This document shows positions 23,226 to 44,710 of a stretch of DNA of 64,000 nucleotides, in pieces (position 1 is the stretch's first letter; each line of letters opens with the position of its first letter). Position numbers and translations under genes: made by a program. A model generated the notes under the pieces. That model saw nothing but the letters and a program-made list of their open reading frames with translations, was not told where the DNA came from and made no database searches. The stretch is taken from the NCBI RefSeq assembly GCF_009914755.1, contig NC_060928.1. One strand, written 5' to 3'. The stretch comes from the human T2T-CHM13v2.0 reference genome, Homo sapiens.

Positions 23226-24289
23226 CATGCTTATTTGCTTGAGTGAGCTGCCAAAGACAACACACTCAAAATCCCAAAGAGAGAGGGGATCTCTCTTCCC
23301 CAGCATTTATATCAGTCCCATAAGGAACTCAGGAATCAGCTTGGGTCATGTGACCACGCCTGGACTGTGTCAAGGGAGGCAGGCATTCTGATTGGCCAGC
23401 CTGAGTCACACGCTCATGTGCGTTGGGGAAAGAGGAGTCAAATGATTGACAGCTTCACCAGAGTCACATGGGATGGAGAAGGGAGTTTTCCCAAAGGGAA
23501 GGAATGCTGGGTAGATATAATTGCAACCCCTCAGTATCCCCATGACTCATCTGGTTTCAGATTTGAAGGAAAAATAAAAATTGCAATTGACATTTCCATA
23601 GTTCATAACATTTATAGCAAACTGGCCCCCAAACACTCCCTCTTTCCACAGACTTAGCAAGCTTTAGTTACAGGGTTCCTACTACCTAGTAATAAAAGAT
23701 AAAAATTCTCAGATAAAGGACTGAAACCTTAGTCTCTCCATCTCAAAATTGTTACCCATAAAATCAACTGACTGTGTTCAAAGAAGTGATAGTTGTTCAC
23801 ATTGACATAGCACTTTGCACATTCATATCTATTATCAAAATTGATGAGCACAGTGACTCTGGGAGACAGGCATGTGCTATTATCTCCATTTCGAGGGGCG
23901 GAACAAGAAAGACATTTGCCGGAGGTCACATGATCAGCTTGTGCAGAACCAGCCTCAGAATCCAGACCCGCCTGATTCCTGAACAGCCTCTGCACTTATT
24001 ATAATGGCCCAGTTCTGGGATCCCTTCAAAGCCAGGAGAGTACTCTGCAGAACACTTTGTCCTCCTCTCAAACAGCCTCTCCATGACACACGGTTGCTCT
24101 TTTGCTGGGAGACGCCAAGACAAACTTTTGATCTCACAAACACGTTTTTCTTCCTCAGAAACACATAGTCTCATTCCAAAGAAATGCAAAGCTCAGAGGT
24201 TTGTGGAAGAATCAATCTTTGCTCTCTTCTAGAAAATGAAAAAACAGGGAGCTTTGATATTGTCTTCTCCTCCTTAAAGTAAAACAACA

Positions 24290-24605
24290 GGCTGGGTGCA
24301 GTGGCTCATGCCTGTAATCCTAGCACTTTGGGAGGCCGAGGCAGGGGGATCACTTGAGGTCAGGAATTTGAGACCAGCCTGGCCAACATAGCGAAACCCC
24401 ATCTCTACTAAAAAAAAAAATACAAAAATTAGCTGGGCGTGGTAGACCGCCCGTAAGCCCAGCTACTCAGGAGGCTGAGGAATGAGAACTGCTTTAACCT
24501 GAAAGACAGAGGTTGCAGTGAGCTGAGATCACGCCACTGCACTGCAGCCTGGGGATAGAGCGAGACTCCGTCACACACACACACACACGCACACACACAC
24601 ACACA
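24290..24605 (+). mobile_element. AluS whose tail is a (CA)n microsatellite
   Basis: Alu dimer ending gactccgtc(AC)n. Confidence 0.88.
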
Positions 24606-24924
24606 CGTATGGCTCCTTTCTCCTCTGGAACTTTGAGGACTGAGGCTTAGGGTGATGGGCTTCAGTCGTGACAGGAGGGACTTGTCAGGACTTGGGAAGA
24701 TATCTGTGTGTAGGTGTGTCCATGTACTTAGTGGGCATGTGCATGTGGTGTGGCATGGAATAACGACGTTAATTTTCCCGCAGGGTGATTAGTTCCCAGG
24801 CAATAACAACAGAAACCAAACAGCATTTCTTCACTATCTGCAGAATTGCGGGAATTTCCGCCATCTGCCTCATCCCAGGCCTCTTGAACAATTGAAAAGG
24901 AACCCAGGAAAAAGGGTGGAGAAG

Positions 24925-25965
<1,041 letters not shown>

Positions 25966-26378
25966 ATCCTTGCACACATGCTTCTGGCTGCCCCGTGACG
26001 CCGGCTTTCCCCCTTCACTGGTCGCATGGCGGCTTTGCTTCCCTGTCCCCCACCCCGGGTGCATGGGCTCTGCTGTATCTTGTCTCTTCCCATGTAGGCC
26101 GGTCCTACCAAGTACAGGGGTCGTTTTCACACATGCTGTCATTGTCTCATATCTCTCCGTCCCCTGCTCAGACACACTCTGCCCCTTGAGCTGTCCTTGA
26201 GCTGATGACTACCAAGCATCGCCGACTTGCACTCAGCTCTCAGGGACGTCAGCATCACAGCTCCTTCTGGTTTCCTAACTCCTCTTTGAAAGACATTTCT
26301 AGGGGAAGCCATCGTTTCTAATTACCTTCAGAGGTTATCACCAAAACCTCCTTTCTGAAAAAAATTAGTACATTTATA

Positions 26379-26570
26379 CAGTAAGTCCTCACTTGACATC
26401 ATAGGTAGAGTCTTTGAAACTGTGACTTTAAGCAACGTGTACAGCAGGTCCTTGAATAACATTGGTTATAATATCGATGAGGGACAAACATCGGTTTCAT
26501 TATACATTGTTTTGCTTAAAGTTACAGTTTCCAAGAACCTATCTATGACATTAAATGAGGACTTCGTGTA
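26379..26570. mobile_element. TcMar-Tigger MITE (MER6-family-like) with ~60-nt imperfect terminal inverted repeats
   Basis: cagtaagtcctcacttgacatcataggtagagtctttgaaactgtgactttaagcaa pairs with ttgcttaaagttacagtttccaagaacctatctatgacattaaatgaggacttcgtg; TA flanks. Confidence 0.8.
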
Positions 26571-27429
26571 TATTCAAATGGATTCTCTTTCTGAGTCTCT
26601 AGATATAGACTATAATGTGAATTCTAATCATCACGTTATTTCCTGAGCTCCTGTATGCTCAGTTATATGCCTTAGTTTTGATTTTGGGTATGCTAATCCT
26701 CATGTTAAGTTCCCCATCATTTGGAAACTGAAACATCGGATGCTCTATCAGCAGCCTAGGGATGCTCACATTTAATTAAATGCAGCTGGGAAGATACTTC
26801 TTTAATAATTGTTTAGTCTATTATCACTTATCAAGTAAGTATATAGCAGCTCTAATCTTCAGGAATAAATGACTTTCACCTCCCCTCTTTTCTGTAAAAT
26901 GCACAAATTGCCATGAGCTTTTCTTGGTATTGGAGCTACTTTTCTTTTGAGGGTGACAATCCGTTCCTTTACTACAGTACTTGAAAACTTGTCCTTGAAA
27001 ATGACCCAAGAGACCAGGGGAAAATGCAGTGAGCCTCCTGTTTGAGGGTGACACAGTCAGTGCTTGTCTTTACCTCCCTCCCTAGCTCCCAAGATCTAAT
27101 GAAAAGGATACACAACATATGTTCTTAAGAGAATCAATCCATTCTCCATCACAGAGCTGGGAAAGAAGAAAGGCTGTCACCATTAAAGCAGAATTTGGTG
27201 GGGGTGGTGGTACAGATTTCTGGAATATTGAAAACAAATGGCCTCAATTTATGAAGAAACTAAGGCAGAGAGTTCCACCACTAAACGCAGGCATTGTCAG
27301 AGGCGTACCATTCTCCCAAACAGAGCCCCAGAGAAACTCCAAGCTCAGGGTCAACAGAAATGAACACAGACCTTAGTTAAAAGGCTGACTGCCGATTGTC
27401 ATGTCTCGCTGCCACGTTGCATATAAAAA

Positions 27430-29260
<1,831 letters not shown>

Positions 29261-29287
29261 TTAGTGTCCTATTGTGTGTCATACTGT

Positions 29288-29665
29288 ATTAGTGCTGCTA
29301 TAACAAACTACCATAACCTTAGCGGGTTAAAACAACTTAAATGTATTATTTTGTAACTCTGGAGGCCAGACGTTCCCCATCGGTGTCACTAGGTTAAAAT
29401 CAAGGCACTGGCAGGCCTGTGTTCCTCTTAAAGGCACCAGGGAAGAAGCCGTTCCCTTGCCTTCTAGCTTCTAGAGGACGCCTGCATTCCTGGGCTATGG
29501 CCTCCTCCTCTATCTTCAAGCCATCAGCATAGCACCTTCCCTCCTCTCTGACCTCTGCTTTCATCCGTTTATCCTCTCTCTGATTCTGCTCCTCATGGCT
29601 GCTTTGTGTAAGCGCCCTTGTGACCACATTGGGGACCTCCCCCCCATAATCCAGGATTATACACA
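29288..29665 (-). mobile_element. MLT1C-type LTR
   Basis: gctgctataacaaactaccataaccttagcgggttaaaacaac...ccttgccttctagcttctagagg. Confidence 0.8.
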
Positions 29666-29704
29666 CTCATCTGCATTTAAATCTACATATTATACATAAT
29701 ATAG

Positions 29705-30083
<379 letters not shown>

Positions 30084-30311
30084 TAATTCCAATCCAACAC
30101 CATAAGGTTCAGATTAGTTGTCTTATCATTCACCCTGCAGCTCATTTCCAACAATGAAAAGCCTGACTCCCACCACTTTCAATATGTTTCACTATTGGAC
30201 TAATCCCTCTTGTGTGTGTTCAGTCTCCCCTCCTGGCCAGACCCCTCCACTCTCCTCACACTACGCGGCCTGCCAGGTGAAAACAATACAGGGACTGCCA
30301 CTAAGCCCTAC

Positions 30312-30857
30312 TTTTTTTCTTTTATTTTTCTTTCTTTTTTTCCCCTCCCTCCTTCCTCTTTCTTTTCCCTCCCTTCCTCCCTCCCTCCTTTCCTTCCTTT
30401 CTTTTCTTTCTCTTTCTTTTTGTTCCTTCCTTCTTCTCTTTTTCTTTCTTTTCCTTCCTTCCTTCCTCTCTCTCTTTCTGTCTCCTTCCTTCCTTCCCTT
30501 CCTTCCCTCCCCTTCCCTCCCCTTCCTTCCTTCCTTTCTTCTTTCTTTCTTTCCTTCCTCTTTCTTTTTTTTCAAGGTCAGTCTGGCTCTGTCACCCAGG
30601 CTGGAGTACAGAGTGGCCTGATCTTGGCTCAAAGCAGCCTTGACCACCCTAGGCTCAAGCTATCCTCCTGCCTCAGCCTCCTGAGCAGCTGGGACCACAG
30701 GGCTGCACTACCACACCGGGATAATTTTTGTGTCTTTTGTAGAGACGGGGTTTCACCATGTTGCCTAGGTTGGTCTCGAACTCCTGAGCTCAAATGATCC
30801 ACTCACCTTGGCCTCCCAAAGTGCTGGGATTACAGGCATGAGCCACTGGGCCCAGCC
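30312..30857 (-). repeat. ~260-nt pyrimidine (CTTT/CCTT) low-complexity tract derived from the tail of an AluJ (~30563-30857)
   Basis: Read directly from the sequence. Confidence 0.9.
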
Positions 30858-31190
30858 TGTTTTTTTCTTAAATACTACTACTTAGAACTAAATGTGAAAT
30901 CATCCAAATATCATATTATCCTAAATTTGATTAAGATAATTACTGTTGGCTGGAAAAGGTAGTATTACATATGGCTTAATTCCTTTACTGTATAGTCCAC
31001 AGAGATTGAGACTTTAATCTTCACATTGAGTGGAAAATAAGAGAGAATATGTTCAGATGACAGTAAAATAAAGTCAAATTAGACTTTCAGACAAAATTAC
31101 ATTAAATATATTTTGACATTGAAACAAGTGACCAAGTGCAGTTGAGGAATTTCTTTGACTCATGACATTTACAGTAAGAGTAAATATAGA

Positions 31191-31552
<362 letters not shown>

Positions 31553-31571
31553 TTAATAGAATAAATAATCC

Positions 31572-32068
31572 TATCAGTCAGGGTTCTCTGGAGAAACAGA
31601 ACCAATAAGAGATATATATGTATGTGTGTATGTATACATACACATACAAAGAGAGAGACAGCGAGAGAGATTTTAAAGAATTGCTCAAGTAATTGAGGAG
31701 GCCGGCAAGTCTGAAATCTCTAGGACAGGCCCACAGGTTGGAAATTCAGGCAGGAGTTGATGTTACCGTCTCGAGTCCGAAATCTGCAAAGCAGGCCAAG
31801 CCCTCCGGAAACTCACTCAGAGTTTCTGTGCTGCAGGCTCGAGGCAGAATTCCTTTTTTCTCGGGAAAGGCTCAGTCTCCGCTCTGAAAGCCTTCAGCTG
31901 ATTGCATGAAGCTCACCCACATTCAAGAGGATAATCTACTTTACTCAGAGTCAGCTGATTGTACGTATCAATCACATCTACACAATACCTTCACAGCAAC
32001 ATTCAAGTTAGTGTTTAACCAAGCAGCTGGGCCCCACAGCCAAGCCAAGTTGAGACATAATGAACCAT
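31572..32068 (-). mobile_element. MLT2-type LTR
   Basis: tcagtcagggttctctggagaaacagaaccaataaga...ccaagttgagacataatgaaccatc. Confidence 0.8.
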
Positions 32069-32963
32069 CCCTGTCTCTGTAACTATCTGTTTTCAAAGAA
32101 ACATTGATTTTCTTTCGCAATCACTTCCAGAAGTTTGACTTAGTATTTCCTACACACTGTTTAACTAACATTGAATTAACTCTTAGTTCCTAATAAAGGT
32201 TTGCTAACACATACATACAAATCTTATTAGAAAATTGATTTGCATGTGTTAGAAAACATATTTATTGCATTATTTTGGAACAGTTTTAGTTTTTGCATTA
32301 TCTCTTCTGTGGTCATATATTGGATTTTCTTTGATGCTTTTCACTGATGTCAGCTATTTGGGGGAAAACATAGATGATTTTTACAAAACGCGTCACTGAA
32401 AGGGTTTGGGCAGACAACAGTGCGTCTTTTGGTGCAGGCTGGCACTCACACGCAGAGATGCCGCAAGATCAGTCTCCACCCCTCAGACCTCTGCGGAGGG
32501 ATGCTTGGGTCCGGCTAGTTGGACTAAGACAGCCCCGGACTGCAAGGAAAGGCCTCAAGGCCCCGCCCCCACTCATTTGGGTTCTCTTTTTAAAGGGCAA
32601 ACCCGAGTGGCCTTGCCAGGGGGAACAAAATGTCTGCTTGGGCATCGGGCAGGCTGGGCTTAGGTGACAGCTGTTCAGGCAGTTCGCTGTCTGGAGAGCC
32701 TGTTGCCAGCACCTGTTGACCTTGTGAGAAGTTCCATTTGGGCACAGCCCCTCCTGCAGGGGGAGGGGGGAGGTTCTGGTCCCATTTAGATTGTTGCCAG
32801 GCAACCCATATCTTCAGGGTCAGACTGTCCTGTTTGTCTTTCCACAAAGTATACAGACAACCATAAACAAAGCATAGCTTAAGTAACATTTAGATTGTTG
32901 AGGGAACATAAAATAGGGCTTGTTTTTTCCGTCCCCCTCCCTCATCATTGCCCAAAGATGTTA

Positions 32964-33320
<357 letters not shown>

Positions 33321-33577
33321 CACAACAGGGACAAATATCCCATCAGCTAACGCTGTGATGATGTTGTCACAAATTACGAGTGGCCTCAATGGAGTGTGGT
33401 ACTTTTACAATTTACTGTTTAAATAATGCAATAAATACAAACTACTTAAGTGGTGTATGTTCAATAATGCCACAGAACTCTCTAACTGTTTAATCATTTA
33501 GGGCTACATTTCATTATTTCATCTTTATTATATTTCAATCCATCCTCTATCAACACCATAGCAAACCTTCCCTCTAG

Positions 33578-33790
33578 ACCTGTGTATCCAATAAGGCAGC
33601 CACTAGCCACATGTGGTTATGTAAATGAAAATTACAATTTACTAGTTTAAATGAACAGTTAGTTCTTCCGTCACCCTAGCCACATTTCAAGTGGTCAATA
33701 GCCACATGTGGCTAGTGGCTACTTTATCAGGGAACACAGCTAAAGGACACTTCCATCATTGCAAAAAGTTACATTGGACAGTGTTGCTGA
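33578..33790. mobile_element. MER3-like hAT-Charlie MITE
   Basis: gcagccactagccacatgtgg...ctagccacatttcaagtggtcaatagccacatgtggctagtggctac. Confidence 0.85.
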
Positions 33791-34228
33791 CCTTTGGCAG
33801 GAAACAAAGTCTTGAATTGTCTGGTGTCCAGGTTTCATAAAAAGCCTGTTTACACCAGAAATGGGCAGAAAAAAGAAAAGAAAAAGCCTGCTTAGGAGAA
33901 GCAATATTTACGGAGGATTGGTGGAAGGATGCCCATCTCTATAATTTATTTGAGTTTTAGCTTGGAATCAAGCAAGCCCATAGCAGTGTTTCTGGATCAC
34001 AGAGTCTTGGCACTCCAGAAAACTGTTTTCATGGAGCCACATTTTAGGATTTTGTCCAATAACTCATTAAGAAACAACCTTGTGAGTATTGCTGTGCAGA
34101 AAGTAAAGAATTAAGCATCATGGGGACCTGTCAAAGGACAGATGTGCTAGCCTGATGTGGCATTTACTGGACAAATCTGAGAGAAATTGAGCAGCAAAAT
34201 AAGTAATGATAAATGGATTACAGAATTA

Positions 34229-34577
<349 letters not shown>

Positions 34578-34759
34578 TCAATTAATATGTGGAGGAGAAT
34601 GGGAAGTACCATGGAATGCCAACAAATGAATGCAGAGGGAATAATGGAATTCGAACATCGAACATCACCACTTGTCTATTGTTGTAGACATAATTGTTTT
34701 ATGGAAGAGTCAGCAAAGAAACTAGCAGGTTGGATAGGAGACAAGAGATTTTTATGACA

Positions 34760-35390
34760 CCAAAGTGTCTCCTTATAAGTATTTATTAATTATAAAGATA
34801 AAAAATAGTAACTTTACAGTGGAGAAACGGCAGACGCTACCTTAACCAAGCATTCAAAGGTAACATCACCAGTAATGGGAAAAGTAGATATCTTGTGCCC
34901 CCTGATGGGATACACTGAGGACTCACTACTACTTCTGAGATGTCCCTGCCGAAAATACTGAATCTGGATCTAATGAGGAAGAACAGGCAACCCCAGACTC
35001 AGAAACACTCTACAAAAGCATCTGGCCTGTGCTGTCCAAAATGTCAAGGGCTTCCAAGACAAAGAAAGATTTAGGAAGTGTTCCAGATTAAAGACCAAAG
35101 AGACATGATGACAGGTACAAATTTGAGCCTAGATAAGATCACTGAGCAGAAAAAAAAAACCAAAAAACTCTTTTTTTCTTTTGCCATAAAGGTATTTAAG
35201 AAAAATGATAACATCTGAAAAGTCTTGTATATTAGGAAATACTACTGTATTCATGTTAACTTCCTGATTTTGGTCATTGCACTGTGGTTACAGAAAATAA
35301 CATTCTTGTTTTTAGGAAGTATGCACTGTAGTGTTCAGGAGTAAAGGGGCATAGTGTCTCCAGCTATCTCTCAGATGGTTCAGAAATATG
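34760..35390 (+). mobile_element. L1MC4/L1ME-type 3' fragment
   Basis: aatagtaactttacagtggagaaac...ccttaaccaag...aacatcaccagtaatgg; atgttaacttcctgattttg. Confidence 0.75.
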
Positions 35391-35676
35391 TAATTCCCTC
35401 TTACAGTCCAAGATCTCCAGCGGATGTCTGGAACCAATCCATGCGTATACTATATTTTTCCTGTATGGGAACACCTGTGGTAAAAGTCAGTTTAGAAACA
35501 TGGCACAGTAAGAGATTAGCAACAATAGTTAATAAAAAGAACAATTATAACAATATACTGTCATAAAAGTTATGCGAATGTGGTCTCTCACTCTCTCTCA
35601 AAATATTGTCAAACCCCAGTTGACGCAGGCAACTGAATCCACAGAAAGTAAAATTGCCGATAAGGGGGGATTACTG
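35390..35676. mobile_element. MER44-like Tigger MITE
   Basis: ggcacagtaagagattagcaacaata...end gataaggggggattactg followed by TA. Confidence 0.8.
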
Positions 35677-35764
35677 TATATATGTACGTGTATAGAGAGA
35701 GATAGAGAGAGAAATACATTGGGAGAGAGGCAGAAAAGGAGAACAGTAAAGTAAATATATGGGA

Positions 35765-36064
35765 GGCTGGGCACGGTGGCTCACACCTGTAATCCCAGCA
35801 CTTTGGGAGGCTGAGGCAGGCAGATCACCTAAGGTCAAGAATTCAAGACCAGCCTGGCCAACATGGTGAAACTCCATCTCTACTAAATATACAAAAATTA
35901 GCCAGATGTGGTGGCATGTGCCTGTAATCCCAGCTACTCTGGAGGCTGAGGCAGGAGAATCGCTGGAACCCGGGAGGCAGAGGTTGCAGGTGAGCCAAGA
36001 TTGAGCCACTGCACTCCAGTCTGGGCAACGAGAGTGAAACTCCATTTCAGAAAAATAAAAAAAA
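35765..36064 (+). mobile_element. AluS with TSD aaagt(a/g)aatatatggga
   Basis: Alu consensus. Confidence 0.9.
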
Positions 36065-36448
36065 GTGAATATATGGGAAAATACAACAAATACAACATTG
36101 AGGAATCTAGATGAAGAGTATTAGCAACCTCTTTGTACATTTTTTGCAATTGTTTGTGGTCTGAAATTACTTCAAAAATGAAATGAATAGAAGAAATAAT
36201 CTTATGAAATCCATTACTATACTTGTGGGAGGCTTAAACCTCTGCATCCCAATTGTGAAACTTCATATGAGCAAATTCTTACAATTAAAACCTATAAAAG
36301 CTTTAATTTTTTCCAAAGGTTGTAGAGTTTCTCTTTTTGCCTGTTTAAAGTATGAAACTGTTTCCCTTTTATCCTTGACATTCAGAAAGCTCAGGGCTAA
36401 GTAGTATCTGTAGTTTCTAGCTAACTATAGTGACCATGGAGGACCCTA

Positions 36449-36750
<302 letters not shown>

Positions 36751-36902
36751 AACAAACTGGAACTGTGCGGCCATTCAAAGGTGAGAATTACAGAGGGAGG
36801 GAGCTCACTTCATGCTTGCAAGAAGATCTCAGCACAGAGTTGACCGAGGCAACAGTTAAACAGTCTTGAAAATAAATACGCGTCCACATTATATTGTTAC
36901 AA

Positions 36903-37738
<836 letters not shown>

Positions 37739-37854
37739 CCCATTATATTTATTGATAATGCTCTCACATATGATACCAAAGAACTGGGTCAGGGAAGGGA
37801 GGACTTCCAGGCTAGAGAAATATTGTTAGGGAGTCACAGACGAGGCAAAGGTAT

Positions 37855-38066
37855 GTGGGTGTATATGGGTGTGTGTGTGACTGAGGGTGAGTGTGAGTAA
37901 GTGTGAGTGAATGTGGGTGACTATGAGTCGCCCTAGGACAGGAGGGTGTTCTGGCCAGGGCGGGTCCCACCTGGTGCCCTAGGCTGCTGTGAAGGACTGT
38001 GTGGCCACTCCCGACCCTGAGCTGGAATAAGCAGGTAAGTCTTTGTCTGACTTGTTTTGATTAATC
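37855..38066 (+). mobile_element. MER6-like internal fragment
   Basis: gtgtgagtgaatgtgggtg...ggccactcccgaccctgagctggaataagcaggtaa resembles the MER6 internal region as I recall it. Confidence 0.6.
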
Positions 38067-38145
38067 CAAGATGTTAAAGGAGTAGGAGAGCTGGCTGTTT
38101 CTCTCCATTACTGTTGTGTAGGGGAAAAAAAGACCAATATAGATA

Positions 38146-38477
38146 TAGGATTCCCTCAGTATCCACAGAAGATTTGTTCCAGGACCCCTTCAGATACCAG
38201 AATCCAAGGATGCTCAAGTCCCTGATATAAAATGGCTTAGTATTTGCCTAGAACCATACACATCCTCCCGTATACTTTAAATCATCCCTAGATTCCTTAT
38301 AATACCCAATACAATGTATTGCTATGTAAATGATTGTTATATTCTATTGGTTAGAGAATACTGACCCCCAAAAAATGTCTGTACATGTTCAGTACAGGCA
38401 CGATTTTTTTTCGAGTGTTTTCGATCCACAGTTGGTTGAATCCAGCAATGCAGAACCCATGAACACGGAGGGCTGAC

Positions 38478-38481
<4 letters not shown>
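38146..38481 (+). mobile_element. MER2 (TcMar-Tigger)
   Basis: ggatgctcaagtccctgatataaaatggcttagtatttgc...catcctcccgtatactttaaatcatc...cacggagggctgactg. Confidence 0.9.
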
Positions 38482-38536
<55 letters not shown>

Positions 38537-38556
38537 ATATATACACACACACACAC
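38481..38556. repeat. (TA)n followed by (CA)n microsatellite
   Basis: Read directly from the sequence; abuts the MER2 terminus. Confidence 0.95.
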
Positions 38557-38656
38557 AAGTTTAAAAACTGTCTGCAGAGGAGAGGCTGAATAGAGAAATG
38601 TGGTCTTTGGGCCAAACACTAGTACCCACCAATGATAATTAAAAAAAGCAGGAGTA

Positions 38657-38944
38657 GGCCGGGTGCAGTGGCTCATGCCTATAATCCTAGCACTTTGGGA
38701 GGCCAAGGCGGGTGGATTACCTGAGGTTAAGAGTTGGAGACCAGCTTGGCCAACATGGTCTCTACTAAAAATACAAAATGAGCTGGGCGTGGTGGCATGT
38801 GCCTGTAATCTCAGTTACTCGGGAGGCTGAGGCTGAGGCAGGAGAATTGCTTGAACCCAGGAGGTGGAGGTTGCGGTGAGCCAAGATCACGCCATTGCAC
38901 TCCAGCCTGGGCGGCAGAGCAAAAACTCCATCTCAAAAAAAAAA
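38657..38944 (+). mobile_element. AluS with a small deletion and a ggctga duplication
   Basis: Alu consensus; aacatggtctctac junction lacks gaaaccccg. Confidence 0.88.
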
Positions 38945-39321
38945 GGAGTATTTACTAGCTGACCTGGATGTCTTACGTGCTACCCCAGGCTGGCCTGGCC
39001 CAGCTGGAGTCACAGGGGCGTAGGCAGGAGGCTGCCTGCCTGGAGCAGGAATAGGGGATGCAGAGGTTGGCTACAGGCACCTGGCACCCTTTTCTCAGCA
39101 TGAATTGTACCTACCACCTGGCTACAAGTGTGGGTTCTTCCCATCAATCTAGCTCATAAAACCCTGTATTTTCCTTCATAAAATCTACTGTAAGTTGTAA
39201 TTATAAGCAAATGTACTTCTACTTAACTTTTAACAGAACAGCTTGCACAGATCCCGCAAAGAAATTAACCAAAGAACCAAAGAAATTAACATCATGAACA
39301 GAGGCTGGGCACAGTCATGTT

Positions 39322-39437
39322 GAGGGTGACCAACTTGTCAGATCCGCCTTGGCCTCCCTAAAGTGCTAGGATTACGGGCACGAGCCACTGCACCCGTTTT
39401 ATCACTGAAAGTCCTGTGTCCTGGGAAACCTCTCAGT
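39322..39437. mobile_element. MER94-like MITE containing a 56-nt Alu 5'-end fragment
   Basis: agggtgaccaac...[Alu fragment]...ttttatcactgaaagtcctgtgtcctgggaaacctctcagt. Confidence 0.65.
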
Positions 39438-39770
39438 AGCCTTACTATTGGGCGGTTTATCTTGGCTGCAGGATAACTGCTGGTACATACAGGCACCTTT
39501 GTACAAACTGGGAAAAGGAAACCCATCCTTTTGGCAGACCAACCAGGAAAAAGGTTTTCTTCGTCCACATTGAGACTGTCTCAAGCCTGGGCATACAGCT
39601 TGGTGATTCATGTGAGCCCCTTGAGCAAGTACAAACATACAGGATGGCCTTGCTTTGCCGGGATCACAAGCTTATGGTCCAGGGGTTGAATTCTAGCCCA
39701 TGGCCATATTTTTTTAGGCCTGTTTTTCTGAATATTTTAAGTACAAATGTGTAAAATTCAGGAGAGTCTA

Positions 39771-41001
<1,231 letters not shown>

Positions 41002-42087
41002 CAGACCAAAACTTCCAACAGCACATGAATGTTGTATTTTTGCACTTCCATTTGTTTGCAATCTCAGATCTTTGATGCATGTCTTTAGGGTTCTGGTGGC
41101 TTGGAGGAAAGATCATGTATCTACTGTGTTTGTGTTTAGATTTCAGGGAGAGTAAGGCTTCTAGGAGGACATTGCTCCTGAGCCATATTTTGAGGAAGGT
41201 AAAGGACAAGAGGAGCGGGATGAGTATTTCAGATTGAGGACGTGGGCCAAGGGAGAACCAACCGCCCATGGCGAGGGAGAACAAGCTGCTCTGGGGCTCC
41301 TTACAACTTTCCCAGCTGTCTTTCTCCCCCTTTCTGTAGAGGCTGATGCTATTTGTGATGCCCATCTTCTATAAGCTGTCAGCCAGAAACACCTGCTGAA
41401 ATAAAGGCCATCTGTTCTGAATGCTGAATGCGCGGTTGTTGGGATCTCCCAAGAAACACACACACAAAAATGAACTTACTCCAAGGAAGCCAGACTTGAC
41501 ATGGACCCTCTGGGGCTTTGACGGCCCTTGGCCTCCAGTGGACGTCCAGAATCAGGGAAGACATTGCTGTGGCCTTCTCGGTACACTATGGGCTCCCATC
41601 AGGTAGAGGTCGCGCTGTGTGAGCTGGTGTGTCCCTTTTGACTCAGGGAACATGCTTGCTTGTCTGCACTGCAGTGAGTCCCCAGTGAAATGAAATGGCA
41701 GGTCTTCAGAGGCATGAAAATGCCAGCTGTTGTGTGTCATGGAAAGACGCACCAGCCTGGGCAAGTCAGAGGCAACCCAGAATAAATGGATCCACTGTGA
41801 AATGGGATTAATATCAGTTTCTACCCCATGTGGAGATCAGAGACTGGGCAGTTATTAATATTAAAGTGGAGCTTTGCTGTGCAGGTCAGCAGAAAGAGGG
41901 GTAGTGAGCTGGAGATGGATGGGAGATCAACCAAGGGCTTTCATTTTTGTTGTTTGAGAGATACTAGAGCATGCTTGTTTGCTGAAGGGAATGATTCAGT
42001 AGAAAGAAAGCGGATACAAGAGAGAAAGGGTTGATTTGTGGAAGCCTTTGAGAACGTTAGAGGCAATGGGGTTTAGAACCCAAGTGA

Positions 42088-42531
<444 letters not shown>

Positions 42532-42899
42532 TTAAAGCAAACAGTTTTCCTCCAAACACAGAATGGCACTTAATCAGAGGCATTAATATGAGTTTCATGG
42601 GGAAAGGGGACATGAACTTAGGATATGGTTGAGAGAGGCAGGTAAGGGGATGGGACATGAAGTTGGAACTCTGGGGTTTTACTGTAGCATGTGGGCTCTG
42701 AGTGTCTATGGAACAGGGCGTCTATGCCGGGACAGGGAAAAGAGATGGAAGCAGAATTGCCATTCTTTACAGTAAGTTTTGCCTAGGCTGTCTATGATAG
42801 TGCTGCAAGTTTTGAGTTAATGACTCTTCACCAAAATCTTTTACTTAAGTGTCCACAGATCTGCCTATTCCTGATCTAAGCTATAAATCCAAGAAACTA

Positions 42900-44710
<1,811 letters not shown>

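Noticed and set aside
30118-30797. 167/195/128-aa ORFs rich in F/L/S/P or K/E/R/G
   Set aside because: Translation of a CT-rich low-complexity tract plus an AluJ.
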